DNA from: Hydrolagus colliei
Taxonomy: Eukaryota
Reading direction: 5' to 3'
Assembly: GCA_035084275.1 (NCBI GenBank)
Contig: CM068755.1
Coordinates: forward strand, 12,958,001-13,022,000
DNA: 64,000 nt
Part shown: positions 38,990 to 50,510 of the stretch, in pieces
Layout of the letters: every line of letters starts with the position of its first letter
Numbering within the stretch: the first letter of the stretch is position 1
The notes under the pieces: model-generated
What the model was told of the DNA's origin: nothing
What the model saw: only the letters and a program-made list of their open reading frames with translations
The model's database searches: none
Position numbers and translations under genes: made by a program

Positions 38990-39290
38990 CGTTGCAGATC
39001 TGAGTCGATTTGTTATCAAATCACCCATCGACCATCTGATTCATTGCCATTCAGCGGCACTGATTTATATGCAGAATCTTAAACAGATGCAGTATGTGAT
39101 ACATATTTATGGTGAGTGCTGTTGGGAAGATTTATTACTGATTCTTTCATCAGGGGTGTGCATGAGTAAAGCGATGATGGCTTGTATTTCCTCTCAGCTG
39201 TCAATGCCAAACTCATTAAAAGAGGTGTGACTATTAATATACATTGTAATACTGACAGACACTAATTTATAATGCTGTGGCCTGCTGTAC
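38990..39290. promoter_or_regulatory. candidate conserved enhancer
   Basis: TGATTTAT (PBX-HOX type), CTGTCAA/TGACAG (MEIS type) and CAGATG/CATCTG E-boxes in repeat-free DNA. Confidence 0.4.
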
Positions 39291-39413
39291 ATTCTTGATG
39301 CAAAGATGTTTGGGGTTTCTTTTCCTACATTGCTGCTAAATGGTGCTTCTAATCCAGGTGATCATTATTTAGAAACCCTGAGGAATATTGGTTTTCAGTG
39401 AAAAAAGAACGTC

Positions 39414-39465
39414 TGTGTGTGTGTGTGTGTGTGTATGGTTATATGTGCATGTGTGTGTCTGTGTG
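39414..39465. repeat. (TG)n microsatellite
   Basis: Imperfect TG run. Confidence 0.9.
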
Positions 39466-39859
39466 AGAGTGTAATAATATATACCTATAGTGTATACACT
39501 TAAATCCAGGCTAACCGGACTAATGGCAGAAGAGATGCGGTCTGGCAGGCTAACTGTAATTACAATGTCATTATAATAGTTTGAATCCTGTGAGCATTGG
39601 TAGTGAATAAGATATCTTCTGTTCATGTAATTCAAACAATCTGAGTCAAAGTCGATATCCCTGGCCTCTGTCAAGGCCAGAAAATGGTGAGGCTGCTCAG
39701 CGTGGCATTGTCACATGTTAGGAGTTTACATTTAGGCCCTAGGAAATTTGTGGCGTGTGAATTATTATTTTTAACAATCTTTGGAGTTGGGTCTGGTGCA
39801 GCTAGGTTGCAATTAAAGATACCCAGGAATTTAGTGCAGTGTTACACACACTCACATAT

Positions 39860-39867
39860 CTATATAT

Positions 39868-39898
<31 letters not shown>

Positions 39899-39910
39899 CA
39901 AGAAGAGAGG
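39860..39910. repeat. (TA)n(GA)n compound microsatellite
   Basis: Seen directly. Confidence 0.9.
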
Positions 39911-39981
39911 AGTTTCTAAAGTGGGGATAGATCAGTACAGGGTAAGGTGAAGCCATTGGGCTCCCAAAGCTGCTCTAGTAT

Positions 39982-40270
39982 GGAGTCCTGCAGCTCACTG
40001 ATTAGAGCACACACCTTGCTTGTGAGAAACCTGGGTTCGATTCCAGACAGGGCAAAATCTTGGGCAAGTTTCCTTACTCGACACGCCTGATAATAATTCC
40101 TCCCAAAAATAATAATTTAGTCACTCAATCCACGACTGTTTGTGGAACACTGCTGTGCGCCTTTCGCCCACAAATATAAAGTCAATTCACTTTACAGTAT
40201 ATTCTGCGAAGTGCTTTGAGACATCTAGAAGAAATGAAAAAAGTTACATCAAATGTAAGGATTATTATTT
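39982..40270 (+). mobile_element. full-length tRNA-derived SINE (first unit of dimer)
   Basis: GGAGTCCTGCAGCTCACTGATTAGAGC head, B-box GGTTCGATTCC, tail GGATTATTATT. Confidence 0.9.
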
Positions 40271-40577
40271 GGAGTCCTGTAACTCAGTAGTTAGAGCACA
40301 CCCCTTATAAGCAAGAGTTCGATTCTCAGCAGAGCAAAACCTTGGGCAAGTTTCTGTACTCTACATGCCTAATAATAATCCCTCCAAAAAAAAAGATAAA
40401 AATTGGACATTTTATTTCACTACTGTTTGTGGGACACTGTTGTGTACAATTAGCTGCCGCATTTCGCCCACAAAAATACAGTCAATTCACTTTACAGTAT
40501 ATTCTGTAAAGCACTTTGAGATGTCTAGAAGACGTGATACGGCACTATATCAAATGCAAGGAATATTACTATTATTG
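40271..40577 (+). mobile_element. full-length tRNA-derived SINE (second unit of dimer)
   Basis: GGAGTCCTGTAACTCAGTAGTTAGAGC head starts right after the first tail; same body and tail. Confidence 0.9.
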
Positions 40578-41111
40578 TAGTGCTGTACATGGGGATAAAA
40601 ATGAAATTTCCAGCATTGTCAACTCTGTGGGATTGGATCATGAACTGATTGAAGTAATAGGTGCAGTCTCTGTGCATTAATTCAGGACAAAATGTGCTGA
40701 AACATTAAAGATATAATAACTATCCATTTCTTTGGATGTACCTGCTATATTCCAACTTGAATCATGGACTAAACCCAAGCAGCAAAATGCTGCACTCCAT
40801 AACTCACCTCTCCATTTTATTACTGGGAACATTTCTCAGCTGTTGTTTTATTTCTCTACTCAAAGCACTCTGTGCTTACTTATTTGGGCCACTTGGGTGT
40901 CATAACAGATTTCTGCTGCTAAGAGTTATGGTTAAAAGATGTAACTGAAGACTCAAAGTTTCCAAATAAACCCACATAAGAACTGTTTCATTGTGACAAT
41001 GAAAATGACCAGGATAGATCTTTTGAAGGAAGGAGAGGAGAGGAGAGGGATACGAGAGGGAGAGAGGGAGGCAAATTGAGATGAAAAGGGATGCTTTGCT
41101 CTTCTCCTCAA

Positions 41112-41215
41112 AATAATAATAATCCTTACATTTGGTATACGGGTTTTCATGACAGGAGGACACCACAAAGCAATTCACAGGCTTTACTTACTGTAAAGTA
41201 TATTCTGCAAAACAA
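41112..41215 (-). mobile_element. SINE 3' fragment
   Basis: (AAT)n CCTTACATTTGGTATAC...AAAGCAATTCACAGG. Confidence 0.6.
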
Positions 41216-42366
41216 GAGGAATTGTTTTTGTATGTAATGAAGAGCTGGAAAATTCTATAAGGGGACGGAGTGGTGAAAGCAACATATTACATGTTACTAG
41301 TTTCAGCATAACCCACAAAATATTATTTATATTCATATAGCGCCTTTCAAATTGGGTGGACATCTCAAAGTGGTTAACACTGCGCAAAATATCTATTCAC
41401 TCCAGCAAACGCCTGGTGAGAATTGATGACTGAGATCTCATAAAGCATACGAAAACATTCCTTTAACACTTAGAAATGGGCAACAATTTAGTCGAGTTCA
41501 TTTTAAAAGAGCAAGAATGGGTGATTCCCGTGTTCTGTAACTGTAAGAAACACTCACTCTGATGAATGGTGTACTCTTTCTTTTCCCTTTTTTTTCACCG
41601 CTATTCATTCTGACGTTATCTCCTTCCTGCTCAGAGCCAGAGAAGTAAGTGGCTCTCAGATTTCCACTTGTTTTTTTTCAAACGGAATCCAACTCCTCGC
41701 ATTGATGATTGACCAACACTCCAGGTCCATTCAAAATGTCAACATTTCCCTTCTGGTTGAAAATCATTGAGACGTATTGATCAACATGTGAAACTCTTCT
41801 GGGACCTGAACCAGTAACCACACAGCAGGCAATGAGCACCTTTGCTACTTCTTTCTGCTCAGCCTAATGACCGTGAGCGGCGGCTAATCAGATTGTTTAT
41901 TTATGTTCATATTTCACGTATCATGCTATACTGCCAGCTACAGATCTGCCTTTTTTTCTCATTGGCAACCTGTGCACAATACACGAGGTGGATCAGGCAT
42001 TGATTCACCTCAGCGTCACCTTCACTTCACAATATCTGTTCATTCTATCCAGCAGCAACATATCGCAATGATATTCCACGCTGAACTCCTGAAGGCCACG
42101 TGCAATGAAGGCGATACGCACGCACCAAGTCTTACTAATCGTGTGTTTGCGCTCATGCTTGAATGTGAACTGCGTAAGGATAAATATGATGCATGAAATT
42201 TACCCTGAGCTAATTTCCTAAGATCCCCTAAAGTGTTCTTAAAGAGGGAATCGTGTGACACCGACCGATCCTTTAGAAACACATTGAAAGCGTCATGGCT
42301 TTATAAACCCTGGCTTTCTGCTCCACATCATTATCCACTCCACTCATGTCAGTATAAATGCTGGGT

Positions 42367-42550
42367 TATAATAATAATAATAATAATTATCATCCTTGCA
42401 TTGGATATAGCGCTTATCACATCTTTGAGACGTCTCAAAGCGCTTCACAGAATACACAGTCAAGTGAATTGACTGTATATTTGTGAGCGAAACACAGCAA
42501 CCAATTGCACACAGTAGTGTCCCCACAAACAGTCATGGATTGAGCGACCG
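42367..42550 (-). mobile_element. SINE 3' half
   Basis: (ATA)n TCCTTGCATTGGATATAGCGC...GACGTCTCAAAGCGCTTCACAG...CACAAACAGTCATGGATTGAGCGACC. Confidence 0.9.
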
Positions 42551-43061
42551 AAGTGCAACATGAACGATTAGGTGATCAACCCAAACTACCATCTGCTGGC
42601 ACTGAGGATGCATGGAGCAAACTTCAGAAAAGCACACCACACTCACTTGACTCTCTTCGTGGTGGTGAGCGGGTGGCTGGAAAGGGACCAGCAAAGAGAC
42701 ACCTGTGGCTGGAAGCAGATTTCGAGGCAGACCTTTCGACCCTTCTGACTTTTGAACCCATGGTTTATGAACTTCCTGTTGTCAACCCTGTGGTTTATTC
42801 TGCAGTGAACCAGTGCTCCTTGTTTACATTTCTCCATTTCCTTACTATCTCCAGGCACTTCCTACTGTTTTCTTTAGTGGTCACTCACTGGGAAAGTTCT
42901 TCTGTGTGGGAGGATATGACTGATGGTTTCTTTTTGTTCCTGGCACTGTGAGCCTGACTTTCTCAATCTTTGCACCAGTACGTGATTGTTTTGTTGCCTT
43001 GTTTTATTTTTCACTGTTTTTTTGGCCGTTGGCGGTGTGGTTTGTTTCTTTTTTTAGAAAA

Positions 43062-43400
43062 ACAATTCCATTTGTCATAGCACCTTTCAGAACCAGGAAG
43101 ACGTCGCAAAGCACTTTGCAGCATTTACTGTAAGGCCCAGAGACTGTGTTATTTTGTACACAAACAGGTTTGTGCTCATCAATATTCTGCAAGAAACCAT
43201 TTGAATGGCCAGTATTATTTAGGGTATTGTTTTCCAGGACGCCAGGAGTAACTCCCTTCTCTTTTCAGATATTTCATTTGAAATACTGCACCTCCATCAA
43301 CACAGCAACCCCCCCCCCAGCACTGCATTGGAATGTGAGCTCAACATCCCGACATAGGACTTGAACCCACAATCTTCTAACTCGGAGGCAAGAGGGCTGC
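43062..43400 (-). mobile_element. tRNA-Deu SINE, internally deleted
   Basis: Head reverse complement CAACTGAGCCAGGCTGAC, CAGCACTGCATTGG, CCAGGACGCCAGGAG core, tail at 43062-43125. Confidence 0.75.
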
Positions 43401-43497
43401 CAACTGAGCCAGGCTGACATCTTTCCCCTTTAGCTTCCAACATCACCAAACCCATGAAATGCTGACCTGAATTTCAGCCTGTAAGTATCATACGTTT

Positions 43498-43636
43498 TAT
43501 AAGTATTAAAGGTTTTGTCCCACAAAATATACAATCAATGAATTCACTTTACAGCGTATTCTGAGATGCGCTTTGAAATGCATCTAAAAGACGTGATAAG
43601 GCGCTATATGAAGTGCGAGGATGATTATTATTATTG
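43498..43636 (+). mobile_element. SINE 3' fragment
   Basis: CCCACAAAATATAC...AATTCACTTTACAG...GACGTGATAAGGCGCTATAT...(TTA)n. Confidence 0.85.
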
Positions 43637-44379
43637 AGTGCTAATTTTACAGCATTCCTGCCTTGAAAGGCTACGTTAAAAAAAGGTAGATAATAGTGGC
43701 TGAAACACATGGGTACTGTGCCCTATTAGGCCACCAGCTAAGCAAATGTTACATTAGTGACTCTCTTCTCCTTCCCCCCATCTCCCCCACCCCCCCACCC
43801 CACACCATTCCCATCATTTCAATATGTTGACAAAGTTGATGAAGAAGTGCCATGCCAGGCTTGACCCTACCCTTCGCGATGGAGATTGAAGCATGGCAGG
43901 GAGCGGCCAGCACAGGATTAATAATTAAAAAGGGAAAACCAAAAGGAAACCTATCGAACTGTCACTGAAGGGAAGAAACAAAAAGATTAAAAGAGAACGT
44001 CAGTTTGGCAACACTCTCTTGGAGTGTAATAAGGAAAAACGACCGTTTTATATTTCTGCAGATCTGTATTGTTTGGATTTCTCTGTTTAATAGTGACTAT
44101 CCCATCACTGGTTTATTTCTTGTGTTGCAAAAGAAACACTCAGAAGTTTTCTTTATCCTTGGACTCTCATTTATCACGAGTATATAAATGTGGATAAAAG
44201 GGGAGAACGCTGAAGAATTCTGAATTATTACTTGTATATTTTTCTCAGGGTTTCAAGTATTTCTTTTGCGTGACTGGGCAGTAAACACTTGTAAGATATC
44301 GACTGCATTCAACTTTCTTTTACCCTCCGCGCTATGAAAGCAGCCACCTCCCCTCTTGACCAGAGCCCTTGTTCAAATC

Positions 44380-45260
44380 AGGCCTGTGAACAATAGATTG
44401 ACATCAATGTGTTCTATCTGGTGCATCTAATGAGATAAAGTGGGCAGATCAGCTCCGCTGGTTAGTCATTCAAGCTCAGGAGGAAGAAGTGAGGGGGGGG
44501 GAAATAATACAATGGTTTTTTTTCCAATATCAGACTAAGTGATGTGTATCTCAGCCTCCCTGTGAAGGCCGAAGGCAGCCTTCAAACTGCTGAATATTGT
44601 TTCTTAACATGGCCCATCCTGTGCTATTATGCCTGCTGACAGCTGATTGAGAGAAGCCTCCTTACTTTCTTAGAATGTGCAGCCGACCATCCTATTAACC
44701 CTAAAGGTTCCACATGAAATCCCCCCTTTAAATAAATTCATACCCAACAAATGTGATTAGCTTTACAGCTCCCACTGCCTCTAATGTATAAAAGCAGGAC
44801 ATCAGTGATCAATGCAGGCTGCGGTTGTCTTCTTTAAAGTTGCCTGCAATAGCCTGGGCCTGTGAAGATGTAACAAGCCGGAGCCCTTTTTGAAGATGAC
44901 AAGCTGGGCTTGACAACCTAATCCTTCAGCTTCAGTAGCTGTCTTAGTTAGCGGCCTGCCTTGCAAAAGTTGTCTGTGCTTGCTCCACCCAGCGCTTGCC
45001 TGCGCAAAGCAGCCTCGCTAAAATTAATCCGTTCATTAGAGGTTTGGTAAATCGCGGTTTATTCTAAGAGCCGATGGAATGGAAAATATGCATCAAAGCG
45101 TCGGCACATGCCTCATGAATAAATCTGGCAACAGCACCGAAAGTGTGTAGACGTGGCTTGATTTATTAATTCGCCTTCACAGTCCTGAAAACTGATATTC
45201 TAAGAATTGATAACCCGATTCTGCGAGGGTTGCATCAAGATTTCATACACATTAATCGAC
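44380..45260. promoter_or_regulatory. long candidate conserved non-coding block
   Basis: About 0.9 kb with no recognisable repeats, raised GC/CpG (especially 44990-45260), and TGACAG, TGATTTAT, TAATCC and AACAAT motifs. Confidence 0.5.
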
Positions 45261-47607
45261 TAGGGCAGGAACTTCAGCCAAACAGGAGTACCTATGTTCT
45301 AACTTCTATTATCCATTTCATTTCAGTGCTTGAGTACACATGTAGAGCTGTACATCTCCCTTGCCCCTTGCCCCTCCGCCCCCTCCCCCCAGCACACCAG
45401 ACTATAATCTATCACAAGGAGCTCTTTAGTAGGTTTTAATTTCTAAACTTCTTCTAAACAAACAAAAAAAACTTGAAACAATGGAGGAGGTCATTCGGGT
45501 TCTCACTCTCTGATGCTTCACAGCCCTCTCCGGCTGCAGATTGGATGAAATCTTGGGGACGTTTTCATCGCCTGTGTTGCAAAGTGGCCAAGAAATGTTT
45601 ACTAGGGAGAATTCAAATGAGTTTCTCCATTCTAGTACATGTCATTTTCCCACAGTTGTATGATTTGAACTTGTTGCTGTTGACACCTCGTTGTGCAGAA
45701 TGTGGAAAAAAAAGGAGTGAAAGAATTCTTTTCAACTCTTTTCATGTTTCACTCATTTCTCCTTGGCACCACTTTAGCCTCTTTATGTTACACGATCAGT
45801 TGGAATTTGCACAGGAGGAGTTGAAGCAATGCATAGGTTCCCTGGGAGAAGAAGCTACAAACATGCTATAGACCAGATGTATAATGTTATATGGTCAAAC
45901 AGTCAAACACAAAAGCTTAAAGACAAAGCTGTGAATTAGGGAGAAGTATTCAAAGAAATGTTTTCAAAACAGCCCAGCTGAGAGCTTAGATGCCTCTCCT
46001 GAGACTAAATGCTTAAAAAGGAGCCAGAGAAAGAAAGGAAAAGCCCATTTTGCTAATTAGGTGAGGTCTGGCTGCTGAATTTGGCTTCTACTTTTCATCA
46101 AGAGCTGGTCTGTGAAGCTAAAAATATGCTTAGAAACTTATAAAAGGAAACCTAGAGAGGATCAATTTTAAAGAAAAAGCTAGATACTCCTGGCATCTGC
46201 ATCTGGGTTACATCAAGGTCTGCGCAAAGCTTTTATGCTCTCAAACAAGTAGATGTAGAAACAGAGAGATGGTCTATCTCTTGAAATGCTATTTTCATGA
46301 AGAAAACACCAAAGATTATTTTGCAAATATGAAAAAAGCAATCTTTGTGTTTTTTAAAAAAGTAGTGAAATCAAGACATTTTAATCGGAATACTTTATAT
46401 AATCTTAAACACTAAAGTGAAAATTTGTTTAATTTCGTTTTAGGAAAGACAGTCTTGATGGATTTTTACCAATTTCACCCCCCCACCCCCCCCACCCCAT
46501 CTTAGAAATTGTTTTAAATGGAGTTAAAACACCCCTTTCTGCCTTGAAAAACTACAAGAAGGGAAATATTTCATATTCTCACTTATGCTACTTAGATCAT
46601 TGAATATTGAAAGAAACTGAAGGCAAGGCGGCACATTGCTAATCAGATTAGAGTATCAGAGTGAGTGGTGCAGGTTTTGTTTGTTTAAAACAAACCTAGC
46701 AAATAGAAAGTTAAAGTCCTATAATTTTCTTTTGCTGTCAGACATGCCTCTTTTTTAAAAAAAATCACAGCTTTCTTCCTGACATTTTGTAAGTGATTTT
46801 GTTTTTGTTAAAAAAGGTAGCAGCATTAGAGAAACGATAATGAGCAAGAAAATCTCAAAGGGAGAAGAAACTCGGAAAGCAGACAGCTCCAGTCAGGGTA
46901 TTGGTATGCAATAGGAAAGATATCAGTGAGGAAGTGAACGTGAGCTAGTTGCTGAGTGCCTACGGATGATCCTACTATTGTTTTAAAGGTAGAACTTGCA
47001 GGAGATGAGGGAAATTCAGCAGAGATTTACTGGTTATTATCCTCCATCAGCAAACGGCTTCCTTCAACAGCGTCGGCAAGACTGGGAGCTGCCTGGATCT
47101 GCTTTTAGAGCCTGACATTTAACTTGTGGTATTTCATTGAGCTGAGTTGTGTGCTTGTTGCTTTACTGCTATTAAAAAGTAAAACTCCACATTTATTAAT
47201 TACAAATGCAAAATAGCAATCAACACATGTGGTCTGAAGTTATAATTCAAAAAGAGCCCTAATAAGAATCCCGTTCATCAGCAGATAAATAGGAACTCAG
47301 TGTGTTAACAAGCTGCACTGCGAAAGCTAATGTACAAGATCCACTTTCAAATTTTCATCTGGGAATTAATTTCGCCCATTTTTGCATATCAATAACACAA
47401 GAAATTTGGAGGCTGGTGATAGTAACTCACAATGCACATGTCTGCCATCTCACTTATTAACAATCTTTGTAGGGGCCTGATCAGCTACTAAGTTGGTGAT
47501 GTTTATTACTGACATAACCGTGTCATGTCCTTCATGTGTAATTTGCAAACTGAATATTTTTCCTGAAAGTGACATAACAGGCTGGTGCTGACGCACGGAG
47601 TTGACGT

Positions 47608-48027
47608 AATAATGATAATAATTCTTACATTTGGTACAGTACCTTGCATGTCAGGAGGACATCCTAAAGAGCTTCACAGGACATACTGTGAGGTGCAGTG
47701 ACTGTATGTTTTGTGGGCAAACACAACAGCCAATTGGCACATAGCAATGTCCCGCAAACATCCCGTCATGATGCAAATTAATGATTTGATTTGGGGGAAT
47801 TTTTGGCATGGACCCTGGGATAAGCTCCTTTCCCTTTTTGACATGGTATCTTTACTGTCCACCTGAACAACCAGGCAGGGCCTCAGCTTAACATACTCTA
47901 CCATAGCAGCACATCAACGGGAATGTCCGATTAGACTATATGAGTTCAAAGTCCCAAAGTGGGGCTTGAACCCACAATCTTCTGGTTCAGAATTCAGAGA
48001 GTGATACCAAGTAAACCAGGCTGACAC
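47608..48027 (-). mobile_element. near full-length tRNA-Deu SINE
   Basis: Tail at 47608, Deu core (TCCACCTGAAC...GGGCCTCAGCTTAAC), head reverse complement CTTGAACCCACAATC...CCAGGCTGACAC. Confidence 0.8.
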
Positions 48028-48294
48028 ACATCACAATAATTAACGCAGGTGCTAATTATTATATTACCCATCACATTTTTGCATCCTAATATTTCTAAAC
48101 ATTTCTACCACTAAATCTTGATTGTTCATTTAACTCTCACCCACCTCCCAATTGTGTGGGTGGTGGTTTGAGAGGACACACGATAGCTTGCAGTAATTTC
48201 TTAACCTGATTAATAGGTATCCGGCACTATAGGGTTTCTTTGCCTGTTCTTCATTGCTTGCAGGGGCTTGCCTTATCACATTTCTGTGGCTTCA

Positions 48295-48960
48295 ATTTGG
48301 AGTGTTGTGAAAGTTGTACACGTCCTTCAAAGTAATATTACAAATAAACAAAAACTGTGAAAATAGACTTGCAATTTGTCATTGAGATCATAACATTTCT
48401 AAATGGTGTGAGAGAGGATTTGTTGTCGAGCTGATGTATGGAGCTTTGTAAGAGACTATCCATATGTGGAAAAGTCAGAAGGTTGTGCTAGGTTAAAAGC
48501 AATGTATATAGTCTGCGTTAGTTGTAGGGTGCAGCCACCTCTGTGCTATTATAAAGAATATTTAAAAGGGAGATACTGCAGCTTTCAGGAAAAACAGAGT
48601 AATAACAATTAGAGAAAATTAAAGTTAAGTGGAAAAATAGTCACCATCTGAAAAATATCACTTTAAAATGCCTCTATTGATGGCACTGGGACAATGACAT
48701 CTTTTGGCTTATGTTTGCCTGACTTGAAATGTTTTATCTCACTCTTATAATATAAAGCATCTGTCAATCCGACAGTCAGCATACTTAATCCATCGGCCGC
48801 TTGAAACAATGAGTCACTGTTTGGCTTTAGATGGAGGCACTGAAAGAGAGTACAATTTTCACTGATAGGACCGACTGTGAAATCACTCAAGAATGATTCA
48901 TAAAGAGAGACCAGATCTCTGTTCGAGAATCCAAATTCCTCTATCAACTTGTGCGAGGTT
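48295..48960 (-). pseudogene. decayed Harbinger transposase
   Basis: LIEEFGFSNRDLVSLYE, LFQ, GLS and TDALY in ORF 48663-48947, then FPESC (48592-48578), LTPFRN (48412-48395) and C..xHN (near 48305). Colinear with the family YGF...GSFQ...GISQ...VTDAL...FPGSCHD...MTPxRN...CCxLHN. Confidence 0.55.
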
Positions 48961-49321
48961 TGGGGTTGAAAGAGAGAAGGGGACAGTGAAAGAGAGGTCT
49001 GTAAGGAGTAACTAAGATTAATGAGGTAACTAGACTGCTAACATGCAATCATTTTGTTAAATAGCTCCTCAAACTGCCTGCATGAGGCGGGCAAGAGTAT
49101 AGAAGACGTTCTCATTTTTCTTGGTTGTACAGAAGAACAGAGAGGGGGGCCCCACGATCAGAATCTCTATGAGTAACTGGTTGTCAAGTGCCCCCATTGA
49201 AAAATGATGAGGTCAGGAGATCTGAGAGGTTTGCACCATATGCCTCAAATCTAGGTGGCTCCTGACTTAACCTCTACAGTCATGTGAAAAGTGAGTGGGG
49301 TGGAGGGCCAGGGATTTTAGG

Positions 49322-49720
49322 AATTATTCTCATTGAATTATATAACATCGAGATGCTGCAAAGTGCTTCACGGATTTTACTGTTTGGATTTTACAATTTC
49401 ACACAGAAACTACCAATGAAGTGAATGAACAAGTTTGGCAAGATTGTTGGCTAGCACACTGGAATTGTTGGCTAGCAGGAGTGAAACTCCTTTCTCTTTT
49501 TGAATAGTTTTGTGGGATTTTTAACTTCCACCTGAATTGGCAGACGGGATCTTGATTTAAAATCTCATCCCAAATAGCAGCACATTCAACAATGTAGCAC
49601 ACCCCAGCACTACATTGGAATGGCAGCCCAGATTGTGAGTTCATAATCCTGACATGGGACTGGAACTCCCAACGTTTTGACTGAGAAATCGGAGTGCTAC
49701 CAACTGAGCCAGGCCAACAC
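49322..49720 (-). mobile_element. near full-length tRNA-Deu SINE
   Basis: Head reverse complement GAGTGCTACCAACTGAGCCAGGC, core TTTAACTTCCACCTGAA...TCTCATCC...CAGCACTACATTGG, tail at 49322. Confidence 0.8.
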
Positions 49721-50299
49721 TTCCAAGAAAGACAGGAGATTGAAGGAAAGGTTTCACGTAAAAATGTGTAGGAACAAAAGTCATTGCTTAGCCCAAGATA
49801 GGAAAAGGAATAGCAAGCTCTTAATTGTTGATCTCAAATACTAAATCAAAGCTCAAACTCTCCAAGTTTCAACACTAAAATGGTTAAATAAGCAAAGCTT
49901 GTAACCAGTGAGCTTTCACTGATTCTGAACTGCAACATCTACACTTTGAATAGGTCCTATTTATACAGCTTTGCGAATGAGATTCTGATGGATTACTCCA
50001 GTATTATTTGCCTGTGTTCACTTTGGTATGCTTATCAGTCTGAGCGATTGAATTTATTTTAACACATTAAACTTTCTGGTTCGGAGTGCTAATCATGACA
50101 GCAAACTCCTCAAGGATGGGATAATTGGCAACGGAAGTGCTTTACTGTCTGGTTCGGAGCAAAAGGGAGAACTGAAACATCATGGGGAGGGGAATTTCCA
50201 GAGTTAGTGCATTGTGGACTGGCCTTTTGCTGTGTCCCTACAGGGGTGGGGAGGGGGGAGGAGAGAGTATACATTCCATTCCATGCAGAGGGACATTTC

Positions 50300-50510
50300 C
50301 ATGGGTAGGGTGGCATGCGTATCTAGTTTGGATACTCTTAAGCATGGTGATGGGTTTCCACATGTGTCAGTCACTCGGCTGACCAAAAAAAACCCATTGG
50401 ATCCCAACAGTCTTCGGTCCTTTGCACTGCTTCGTTCCTAAGGCAGGCAATGATGCGGAGGAAAGTTTCCTCTGCTAAACGCGGATAGAGAAGCTTGACC
50501 CTAGGTACAC
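50300..50510. other. multi-hairpin ancient repeat-like element (MER129-like from memory)
   Basis: Four stem-loops are visible. GGATCCCAACAGTCTTCGGTC...GCTTCGTTCCTAAGGCAGGCAA...TTCCTCTGCTAAACGCGG recalls an ancient vertebrate conserved repeat; unverified. Confidence 0.4.

Noticed and set aside
43847-43898. Possible pre-miRNA hairpin (TGCCATGC/GCATGGCA)
   Set aside because: Only 8 bp pair and the interior does not extend the stem
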